A stretch of DNA of 63,207 bases, counting the filler, from Lenisia limosa (lineage: Eukaryota; Protista; Breviatea): NCBI GenBank assembly GCA_001655205.1. It is 14 parts of 14 records of this genome, joined end to end, with 100 filler letters (N's around TTAATTAATTAA, not from the genome) between each part and the next. Parts side by side here need not be neighbours in the genome. Positions count along the whole stretch, not along the records: positions 41,011 to 46,730 come from LPNZ01009149.1; positions 46,831 to 51,131 come from LPNZ01011627.1; positions 51,232 to 54,070 come from LPNZ01009077.1; positions 54,171 to 57,801 come from LPNZ01008915.1; 10 more parts are not named here. One strand, 5' to 3'. Below are positions 41,912-55,391 of this stretch, piece after piece. Under the pieces are notes generated by a model. That model made no database searches. It saw only the letters and a program-made list of their open reading frames with translations, and was not told where the DNA came from. The translations under genes were made by a program, and so were the position numbers. The stretch's first letter is position 1; every line of letters begins with the position of its first letter.

Positions 41912-44900
41912 CACCAGGGTCGCCTCCGGAGCATCTTTCACTTCCCCCTCAGGTACTGAGAAAAACAGCATTAAAAAGGCTGTCGGTGGTCTGGCCACTT
42001 CCGTTAAATTCAATTTGAAAGAAACATACAGATAGTCCATATCATTCCAATCGCATTTTTTACTTTCAAGTCTCAAGCAGTTCCATCCCCCCACGCCCGG
42101 CCTATCTCCACCCCCAGTCTGAGAAGATCGCTGGTGATCAAGGTCTGAAGCCTTCTTTCTTGTTTTTTTATATCGTCAGCGCTTGTGTCAAGGTGGTTCA
42201 GTCCTTTTTTTTTATTTTGGAAAATAATAATATAAGAGCGGTAATTAAAATGAGCCTTAGGGTAGTTTTTCGTATTTTAATAACTATTTTCCAAAATCAA
42301 AAAGGGCTGAACCACCTTAAGGGAGTAAAATAAGGATTATATAAGCTTCAACTCCTCATAACCCAGACATTTCACCGCGAGATGCCTCTGTGCCCACACC
42401 TGCCGGCAGCGATAGAGGTATGACCCCACTGGCAATTGGACATTGAATACTTGATTAGGGTTTCACTTCGGTTCGAAAAAGACTGAATTTCTCGATAAAT
42501 CCTCAACAACTATCAATATTTAACCAGTCTTTCTCGAAAAGAAGTGAAGCCCTATACTGATGGTGATAAATTGACTGCGTGACTCAGTTTCAATTCAATC
42601 ACAAAACACTGTCATAATGGTCTGTATGATCTATCAACTTAAGCTCAGTGATTGACCTTTCCGTTGTCCACAAGCAATCGCTGTGGACTTGGCAAGCAAC
42701 ACCCATAGTGTTACTTTTCTCACCTTGCTTCATATGGACTGGACTCTGACCCTTTAGTACGACGGTCGTATCCTGAAGTAAGCTGCTGGTTTGATCTTTT
42801 TTTATTCTGCATAAAAAGGCTTACTTGACTGTTGAACAACACGATATCATTCCAGTGCATTTGTACAACAATTCTTATGTTAATGACCCTTACCATCCCG
42901 CAATACTTAACCTCAGCTCCATCGAGAGCCTAGTCGACTCTCCTCCAAGTTTTCCATGCAGGTCCACTCGGAGGTCTGTTATTATCTCGACTCTTTTTGG
43001 AGTATCAGGCTTCAGATCCTCTGGGTTGTTTGTGTATCTTATGGCATTTTTTTTTGTTTGTTTGGATTATTCGGTTCATGATTAGTACCTTTACGCCAAT
43101 ATTCTGAATCAAAATTTCCTTCGTTTTACCCGCCACATTTGTGGTTCGGTTTTCTGCTCCATTTTTATTATCGTTCACCAATAACACTCCGCTCCCCCCT
43201 AGAAATCAGGAGGCTCAGATGAGGACGACTTAGACCTATTGGATAGCACGGAGCATGCGGTGTTCAGATGGACGTTTGGACTGGAGGGACTAGCCAGGCA
43301 GATAACCAGGTGAGTGGCTCTGCCTACGGCTTCAGTTTAAAATAATATTATGGCCGTTCTTGGGTCCGTATCATTCTTCTGGGCTTATTATTATTATTAT
43401 TTTTGTTTCATACCGTTTCCTGGCCTGTGCGTTGTTTTGTTGTTATCAACCCTCGTGTGTTGTCAGCCAACAGAGTTGATTTTGGGCTTTTTNNNNNNNN
43501 NNNNNNNNNNNNNNNNNNNNNNNNNNNNNNNNNNNNNNNNNNNNNNNNNNNNNNNNNNNNNNNNNNNNNNNNNNNNNNNNNNNNNNNNNNNNNNNNNNNN
43601 NNNNNNNNNNNNNNNNNNNNNNNNNNNNNNNNNNGTCTTTCCTCATTTCCGTCATATTCTGTCTGTTGCCCACCTTTATTCGGCTTGCTCGAACCGGAAT
43701 GACCCTCCGAGCCAACAAGGACGCTTCCGAATACGACAGCGCCATTCTGGACTGGTGCCAAGCGGATCAAACTATCATTTTCATGGCAGCGGGTATGGGC
43801 TTGTTCAATGACGGTGATCTTAGTAGTCTTTCTTTTATGGTTGTTTCACTACCCTTCCCCCACCGCAGTAACGGCCTTCCCTGCTGTTTGGCTCTGTATC
43901 CGGGTGTTGTTCCGGTCGGTTGCGCGAATGCGACTCCNNNNNNNNNNNNNNNNNNNNNNNNNNNNNNNNNNNNNNNNNNNNNNNNNNNNNNNNNNNNNNN
44001 NNNNNNNNNNNNNNNNNNNNNNNNNNNNNNNNNNNNNNNNNNNNNNNNNNNNNNNNNNNNNNGTGGTGGGGGGGATCTTGTTGATCTTGTTGATCTTGTT
44101 GATTGTGGGCACCCGTATCTATCCATCATCATCCAACCCAACTGGCCTGGGATTTGTTTTTTTTTGTTGTTATCAACCGTTGTGTGTTGTCAGCCGAGTT
44201 GTTTTGCCTCCCAGGATAGTGATATTATTGTATTGTCAGCCAACAAAGCAAAGTTGATTTTGGCTTTTGTTTGTTTCATAAGTTTTTCAATTTTACCCCC
44301 CCCCCCCCNNNNNNNNNNNNNNNNNNNNNNNNNNNNNNNNNNNNNNNNNNNNNNNNNNNNNNNNNNNNNNNNNNNNNNNNNNNNNNNNNNNNNNNNNNNN
44401 NNNNNNNNNNNNNNNNNNNNNNNNNNNNNNGACTTTCAGTTCCCCTCCAATGTCATCGCCTGGCAAAAGCTGCGGTCTGTTCTTCAGGTGAGTTCAGCCT
44501 TTCTCCACCCATTGAGTATCTTGACCGACACCCTAAGATTGTAATCCAGTTGAGCGGACTGTAATTGGTAATTGCAGAGATGGACAAAATAGTTGAAAAA
44601 TTAATCGCATGCAATTCATTTGCAATTAATTGCACGGCACCTTAGTAGTGATGCAATACGATTAGGGCGTCTCTGCGGTCTCAAATAAGACTGAATTTCG
44701 CGATAAATTATCAATAAATATTGATATTTTACTGGTCTTTTTCGACCCTCAGAAAGTCCTAAATATGATATGGTTCCCATTCACCCCATAGGACTATGGC
44801 CAAATGGGAAGCTTCAACAGCGATGCGTGCTTGGACCGGGTGCTGGCATTTTTTGTGTTCCTCGACGTCTGCATGTGCGCCTCAGTCGTAACATCTTTGT

Positions 44901-46283
44901 TCAGGTGGGGTGTGTGTAGGGCTTCCCTATGGTCCCAAAAAAGACTGATTTTCTCTATAAATATCGATATTTTTCCGGTGTTTTTCGGACCGGAGGGAAG
45001 CCCTACGGGTATGTTTATGAAGAAAGGGGGCGGGGGTATTTAGCTTCCCTATTGTCCGAAAAAGGCCGCTAAAATATCGATATTTATCGAGGATTTTTCG
45101 AGAAATTCAGTCTTTTTTGGGACCAGAGGGAAGCTCTAGGTGAAGAAAGGGAGGGAGGGGGTTGATGAGGTGAGGATTTGTCTTTTTGATTGTTTGAGCT
45201 AAGGTCACATGTAGGACTTCACTTCGGATTGAAAAACACCGGTAAAATATCGATAGTTTTCGAGGATTTATCGAGAAATTCAGCGAAGCCCTAGTCACAT
45301 GGAACATTTATCAGACCGTTTCGTCTTTACATTTAAGTTTAAACTGTATTTGACATTTCAGTGAGACGATCCAGGATATGTTCAGCAACAAAATAAGTTT
45401 GGTTATGGTACGGGGGGTGAGGGGATGGGGGGCTTTCTTCTGTCTTTTTTCCTTGGCGCTGATACAGATGTTAAAGTAGTGAAGGAAAATGGCATTATTC
45501 TTCCTTCCAGTTTAACTGCTCAGATGATGGCGCTAATCATTACCATTTCGCTCTTTGTGGTATGGGGATAAAGCTTCACTTTCGGTTTCGGTTCAAAACT
45601 GAGAACCGAAAAACGGAAAAATGTCTTCCGGTTAACTGGAACCGAGAATCGGCTGGGGAGACACGCAGGAAAGCTGTTTGCGTAGTTGTAAGGCAAATGA
45701 TTGGGTGTATTATTATACTATACTCTAATATCTCTTATAAGCTGATGGCGTGGACGACGGCTTCTGCCAGATACAACCTTGTTTTATTAATCTCTAATTA
45801 CTTTTCGCATTGTGTGGTGAATGTGGTGAATGGTGGTACTGTGTGCTTTGGCTAGATGCATATGCTGATAACTAGGACTTTTCCAGATCACCACTGGATC
45901 TTTTTTCCGCGATCTTTCGGTGGTGTACAGGGAAACTAGGACTTCACTTCGGTTCGAAAAAAGAACGTAAAATATCAATAGTTTTCGAGGATTCATCGAG
46001 AAATGCAGTCTTCTTTTTTTTTCGAACCGAAGTGAGTCCCTACATATAACACTATCAGTAGATATCCCGTATCGTATGGGCGGTTTCGGCCTTATGCACA
46101 TTACATTTCCCCTGTTGATCTTTGTTTGCCTCACCCTAAAAGGTGATAGTGGTGTCAATGAACGTTCGAGTCAATGATGCGCATTCCGACCACGTCTTCC
46201 TTCTGCATGCCAAGAAAGTCGACCACAATCACATGGTGTATGACAAACGTTTGGAGCTTGGTGGGCTTCCTTACCACCAAGAG
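41912..46283 (+). CDS. Multi-exon gene with Pro/Ser-rich N-terminal part; possible very divergent RasGEF-like segment
   Basis: Phase-compatible exons PGSPPEHLSLPPQ, SEKIAGDQ, ISPRDASVPTPAGSDR; later GLARQIT, PTFIRLART, NVIAWQKLRSVLQ. The RasGEF resemblance is weak inference. Confidence 0.5.
42456..42554. mobile_element. hAT-type MITE (family A)
   Basis: TAGGG..CCCTA termini; flanks TACTTGAT / TACTGAT (TSD with 1-nt deletion). Confidence 0.8.
43420..43492 (+). repeat. Family E repeat (runs into gap)
   Basis: CTGGCCTG...TTATCAACCCTCGTGTGTTGTCAGCCAACAGAGTTGATTTTGGGCTTTT. Confidence 0.85.
44141..44308 (+). repeat. Family E repeat with internal duplication, ending in a C-run
   Basis: ACTGGCCTGGG...TTATCAACC...GTTTCATAAGTTTTTCAATTTTACCCCCCCC. 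Confidence 0.8.
44663..44761. mobile_element. hAT-type MITE (family A)
   Basis: TAGGG..TCCTA termini; TSD AATACGAT / AATATGAT (7/8). Confidence 0.8.
44917..45005. mobile_element. hAT-type MITE (family A, second TIR subtype)
   Basis: TAGGGCTTCCCT..GGTCC / GGACC..AGGGAAGCCCTA. Confidence 0.8.
45041..45138. mobile_element. hAT-type MITE (family A, second TIR subtype)
   Basis: TAGCTTCCCT..GTCC / GGACCAGAGGGAAGCTCTA; core inverted relative to the copy at 44917. Confidence 0.75.
45212..45293. mobile_element. hAT-type MITE (family A), internally deleted
   Basis: Perfect 8-bp TSD GTCACATG (45204-45211 / 45294-45301). Confidence 0.88.
45651..45796 (+). repeat. Family D repeat, full length
   Basis: GCTGGGGAGACACGCAGGAAAGCTG...GTAAGGCAAATGATTGGGTG...GGCTTCTGCCAGATACAACCTTG. 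Confidence 0.85.
45937..46042. mobile_element. hAT-type MITE (family A)
   Basis: TAGGACTTCACTTCGGTTCGAAAA...TTTTCGAACCGAAGTGAGTCCCTA. Confidence 0.8.
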
Positions 46284-47641
46284 GTACGTTGGTGTGATCT
46301 TTTTCCCCTTCCTACAGTCCCAGAATTTGAAATTTATCGATATAATGTTCCAACCTCAGATTTGATAATATTGTGGGAAAATGATACTTCAGTCTCATAA
46401 GAGTTAAACTGCTCACAAACCAAAAACCAAATAAGTTTAGGGAACTCCAGCAGTATTCGAGTAAAGGGCAAAAGATGATGGTTTTTGACTTTTACAAGCA
46501 ATCGACTCAGATAGCGGAACAATCTGCTAACTACACCAATATGGCCACTAAATAATGAAAGAAATCGCAACATCAATACTCAAAAAAAAAAAACTTGCCC
46601 ACTTCTTTCATATAATTGTCACATTGTTAAATGCTAATGTGTTACAAATTGATCATGTCAAAACATTAATTGGTGTCCTTGAGGAGTAGTACTTTACCAT
46701 TCTCGAACAGTACACTCGCCATTTGTTTTANNNNNNNNNNNNNNNNNNNNNNNNNNNNNNNNNNNNNNNNNNNNTTAATTAATTAANNNNNNNNNNNNNN
46801 NNNNNNNNNNNNNNNNNNNNNNNNNNNNNNGTTTGTTTATTTGTTTCAATCCGTTTTCCCTATGCTGACGTGGTATATCTGTCATTTTATAAAACCTCTC
46901 CTTATTTGGTTGTTGAGGGATGGGGTGTCTGGTTATTATTTTCTTAGGATCTCTATGATCCTAGATTCAATAGAGACTTAACTGCACACCCCGTTTATTC
47001 TTGTTCTCACCCCCCCCCCCTCCCCCCNNNNNNNNNNNNNNNNNNNNNNNNNNNNNNNNNNNNNNNNNNNNNNNNNNNNNNNNNNNNNNNNNNNNNNNNN
47101 NNNNNNNNNNNNNNNNNNNNNNNNNNNNNNNNNNNNNNNNNNNNNNNNNNNNNNNNNNNNNNNNNNNNNNNNNNNNNNNNNNNNNNNNNNNNNNNNNNTT
47201 GGCAAAAAGGTCGGGGGGTAGGTAGAGGGTTGTTCTTCTGATGAATACGCATTTGTCAAGATAAATAAGCTAATGCCAGTTAGTCTCCCGTTTAAAGCGG
47301 TTCAAAATTCAAAGCTTGTATTGAATCTGTGAAATTGTGTACTCCTTGTTCTAAGCTCCTTAGTCGTTCTACTTCCTGTGTGAGACTATGATTACCAAAC
47401 TGGGAAAGCCCCACGACCCTCCTCCTGGTTTGCGTTCGCCATATAATTAATATCATATTGATAAAATTTAGTGTATTAATGAGGACCCATAGTTTTCTTT
47501 TTAAAGCTGTGATGTCTTCTTTCTTTTTTTTTTTTTTTTTNNNNNNNNNNNNNNNNNNNNNNNNNNNNNNNNNNNNNNNNNNNNNNNNNNNNNNNNNNNN
47601 NNNNNNNNNNNNNNNNNNNNNNNNNNNNNNTCACTCTTTAG

Positions 47642-51075
<3,434 letters not shown>

Positions 51076-51334
51076 GTGGGAGGGGCGTTTTTTGGGCAAT
51101 TTACGGTTCTATTGTTTTAATGTTGTTTTTCNNNNNNNNNNNNNNNNNNNNNNNNNNNNNNNNNNNNNNNNNNNNTTAATTAATTAANNNNNNNNNNNNN
51201 NNNNNNNNNNNNNNNNNNNNNNNNNNNNNNNATCTTCTATGTTCTAACGGTACGATTTATCGTTTATATGCACGAGCCCCAGATTTCGCAATTGCCAACA
51301 TGTCACGTGTGTACATACATTGGTCACCCTCCAG

Positions 51335-53994
51335 CCCCCTCAACCGCGACCAAGCCTACGACGCCCGCGATTCCCTGGCTAAGAACGTGTACAGCAAGAT
51401 CTTCGACTGGATCGTCAAGAAGATCAACACCACCGTTGAGACCTCTAAGAGTGACTTCAGCATCGGCGTACTGGACATCTTCGGCTTCGAAATCCTCGAG
51501 GTTGGTGCTGTTATGTTTTGCGTTGAAAATGGGGGTAGGGTCTTTGCTGCACTGGTGCTGACTATACAGATGTAAATAGTACCTTTATCGAATAATTTTC
51601 CAAATTTTCTTCGTGTTCCTCACCCCCCCCCCCCTAGACGAATTCCTTCGAGCAGCTCTGTATCAACTACACCAATGAGAAGCTGCAGCAGATCTTCATT
51701 GAGCTCACCCTCAAGTCCGAACAGCAGGAGTACGCTGTAAGCGGGGGGGGGGGNNNNNNNNNNNNNNNNNNNNNNNNNNNNNNNNNNNNNNNNNNNNNNN
51801 NNNNNNNNNNNNNNTGAATGTGGCTTTTCCTGAGTTGTATTGAAAGCGTTCTTCTCGACCCTCAAAATTCACATTTGAGCTGTGCTCTTATTCCTTTATC
51901 ACATGGCACAGCACTTTCTCATGTAAACGAACCCCCCCACCTTCCCTGTTGTTCCCACCCTCCAGGATGAAGGAATTGAGTGGACACCTGTGGAGTACTT
52001 CGATAATATGCCTTGCGTCACACTGGTCGAGAAGGTAGGGTTCTTATAAATGCACCTGTTTTCCTCCTGTTGTACTCCGCTTTATATTTTCTCATTCTTC
52101 ATACCTTCATCCACCTTGATTTTGCTTCAGCCAATAAGTTCTTTTAACTGATTGTTATATTTCAAATACACGATGTTTTAACTCTTCAAACTAAAAACCT
52201 TACCGGTGTAGAGAGGAGGAATTTTCTCCCTTCTTGATGAGGAAACTATCTTCCCCAAGGGTAGGCTTGGTTGGCTTAAGTGAAGGAAATATAGTATCGG
52301 AGTTACTAATGATTATAATTTTTGTTCATTATGGGTGTTTATTATGGGTGTCTGAGCGGGAACGTTAATGAAATCTGCAAGGGATTGTTTCCCCCTTGTT
52401 CACCAGGTAACTTTTTAGGTTCTGACGAGACTCTTCTGGTCAAGCTAAACAGCATGCTTGAGGCACACGAGAGGTACCAACCCGTAGGGGGTGGATATCA
52501 TTTGGGTCAATATTTCATCATTATAACCTCCTAAAACATTATATAAATAATTTTACACCCATTGCTCTTGATTTTTGTTGAGTTTGTATTACATCTTAGG
52601 ATGAAGACGGCTTCACCATCCACCATTACGCCGGAGATGTGAGGGGTGGTGGGTGAACTACAACAACGTATCGCAATCTTGTGTATATTTTCTCATATTT
52701 TTCAAAATGTTAGGTTATTTTAATGCCTAAACTTGTATTCCCTCTTTTTGACCTTTAGGTGGCGTATAAGCCATGGGGATTCCTCGAGAAGAACAGAGAT
52801 ACGCTCTACATCGACGCGCGCGCCATGCTGCAGTCCTCTGAGTCCTGGCTGCTCAAGGTGGGTGGTGGTGGTGTAGTAGGGCTGAAGAAGGTTTGGGCGG
52901 TGTGTCAAATCTGAGTTTTTTTTTGGTTGACCCTCTCCCTCGTCTATACTTCACACTCTTATCTATGAAATTATTAGAGACTTACCATATTAGGAATGTT
53001 TCCCTGTTGTGAAGGAAACCTCCAAGACCAGGCCTCCCACTGCTGGCATGCAGTTCAAGGTACGAAATATGATGTCAGGTAGTTGATCACCAGTTAACCT
53101 TATCATCTCCTCTCCCTCTTCCTCCACCTCCCCCAAAACATTTGTTTTTCAAGGCTCAAGTGTGAAGCTAATAGAGCTGGTTTCCATTTGTCATTTTTCT
53201 TGGTAATTTTGTCTTCACCCCCCCCCCCCCNNNNNNNNNNNNNNNNNNNNNNNNNNNNNNNNNNNNNNNNNNNNNNNNNNNNNNNNNNNNNNNNNNNNNN
53301 NNNNNNNNNNNNNNNNNNNNNNNNNNNNNNNNNNNNNNNNNNNNTTGAGGAAACTGCAAATAGCCCTATTTGGCTCAACACTATAAATAGTAACCCCATG
53401 TTTACCCCATGTCCCTTGTGATTCATTATCTATGCCACCTCTTCACCTGTTGCAGCAACGATGCCAGCACCAGGTGCAATACCTAGGACTACTCGAGAAC
53501 GTCAAGTAGGGGGGAAATAGGTGATGAAGAGAGATGTGGGGCAACTGGTCGTTTATACTTTCCAAGTTTATTGACTCATATGTAATATATCATATACGAA
53601 ATATTGTTTCATATACAGGGTGAGAAAGTAGGTAGGAGCGAGAATGTGTAAAGAGTAATGTAACCACAAACTTGAGTGGCAGAGGCAACATCAGATTGCG
53701 AAGGAGATATGTGGTAAATTTCAGTATCATGCGTTGGTGGAAGATGACAACTATCCGACCCTTTAATAATCGGGTTATCCACTTGCGTTATTGTATCCCT
53801 ATTGATGCATCTGCGTTATTGTATCCGCTGCGTTATTGTATCCCTAATGATGCACCTACGTTAACGTTATTGTATCTCCTTGAATTTACTGTCTACTTTG
53901 TGGAATGGAGTTCTCTTTTGAACCTGGTTTACCGTTTTAGGGTCCGTAGAGCTGGTTTCGCCTTCAGAGCCCTCTTCGAGCTGTTCTTCAATAG
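51335..53994 (+). CDS. MYO1: Class I myosin, motor-domain fragment
   Basis: [79 protein letters not shown]|VRRAGFAFR (class-I signatures). Confidence 0.95.
53785..53878. repeat. Intronic minisatellite in the myosin gene
   Basis: CGTTATTGTATC(C)C unit x4. Confidence 0.75.
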
Positions 53995-54170
53995 GTTAGA
54001 ATGGAGCACCCACATACATTACGAATTCACCTCATATATACTTGATACTGTCTAATTTGATTTTGAACTCNNNNNNNNNNNNNNNNNNNNNNNNNNNNNN
54101 NNNNNNNNNNNNNNTTAATTAATTAANNNNNNNNNNNNNNNNNNNNNNNNNNNNNNNNNNNNNNNNNNNN

Positions 54171-54449
54171 CTGGAGAGCAGTGACGGCGGTAGACTGGAA
54201 ACGGAGGTCGTCCTTGATGGTGGAGGCGATTTCACGAACAAGACGCTGGAAGGGGAGTTTGCGGATGAGGAGCTCGGTGGTACGCTGGTAGCGACGGATA
54301 TCACGGAGAGCGACGGTACCTGGGCGGAAACGGTGAACCTTCTTGACGGCACCGGAAGGAACGGTCTTCTTGGCGGACTTCTTAGCGAGATGCTTGCGAG
54401 ACATCTTGCCAGAGGCAGACTTGCGGGCAGTCATCTTAGTACGAACCAT
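54171..54449 (-). CDS. H3: Histone H3 (divergent tail; C-terminus cut by contig edge)
   Basis: [15 protein letters not shown]...[37 protein letters not shown]...LRFQS; no intron in the visible part. Confidence 0.97.
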
Positions 54450-54513
54450 TTTGAATTATTCAATGAGAAAAGTAAAGAGAAAAAAGTAAAAAAAAAATTT
54501 AAATAAAAATTAT

Positions 54514-54607
54514 ATTTTGAAAATTACAAGATAAAATTTCTAACTCTTACCCCGCCAAAATTTTGGCGCTATGATAATTAGAAATTTAATCTTGTAATTT
54601 TCAAAAT
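54514..54607. promoter_or_regulatory. Dyad-symmetric H3-H4 bidirectional promoter with central double E2F-like palindrome
   Basis: 30-nt arms 54514-54543 and 54578-54607 (29/30 complementary) share a centre with the perfect palindrome CGCCAAAATTTTGGCG (54553-54568); TTTGGCGC matches the E2F consensus TTTSSCGC. Confidence 0.75.
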
Positions 54608-54673
54608 CTTTTTTTATTTAAATATTTTTTTTTTTTGAAAAATGTATCTATCTTTTTTGATTAATTGATTAAC

Positions 54674-54988
54674 ATGTCTGGACGTGGAAAGGGAGGCAAG
54701 GGACTCGGAAAGGGTGGCGCCAAGCGTCTTACTCGCAAGGTTCTCCGCGACAACATCCAGGGTATCACTAAGCCCGCTATCCGCCGTCTCGCTCGTCGTG
54801 GTGGTGTCAAGCGTATCAACTCTCTCATCTACCCCGAGACTCAGAAGGTTCTTCGCCTCTTCCTCGAAGGTATCCTCAAGGACGCCATCACCTACACTGG
54901 CCATGCCCGCCGTAAGACCGTCACTGCCATGGACGTCGTCTACGCTCTCAAGCGCGCCGGCCGCAACATCTACGGTGTTGCCAACTAA
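54674..54988 (+). CDS. H4: Histone H4 (104 aa, divergent)
   Basis: [47 protein letters not shown]...[15 protein letters not shown]; intronless. Confidence 0.98.
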
Positions 54989-55055
54989 GTCTTTTGACTT
55001 TCTGCCTTTCGGCTCTTTTTCGGATTCACATTTATGTGTTTCCTTTTACCACAAC

Positions 55056-55071
55056 GGTGTTTTTTAACACC
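55056..55071 (+). terminator. Histone mRNA 3' stem-loop
   Basis: GGTGTT-TTTT-AACACC: 6-bp GG..CC stem, 4-nt U loop, A/C-rich flanks, 67 nt after the H4 stop. Confidence 0.8.
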
Positions 55072-55391
55072 AACCTTCAATTTCCCAAAAGTAAATATCC
55101 ATAGAGAATAGGCTAAGAGGCGATATTCTTACAAACTATATTGAACAGTTCAAAATCTGTTCTTTTTAAAGGTTCTCTTTACTTAACTATTTAAACCTAT
55201 TTATTTTCCTCCTTGATATGTCCTGACATAATACTCCGAGCCAGAAGGTTTAATTGGGCGCCCAAAAAATGTCATTTCTCTCCTCCCTCTTTTAACCAAA
55301 AAATCACAATCACAATATCTTAACTCAGTGATCAATCAGGATATTAGTTAGTAATAGTACTTAAGGAGTTTGACCACTCTGTCTAATTAGA

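Noticed and set aside
54684-55067. 127-aa ORF overlapping H4, and antisense ORFs over H3 and H4
   Set aside because: Shadow frames caused by strong histone codon bias; no independent coding signal.
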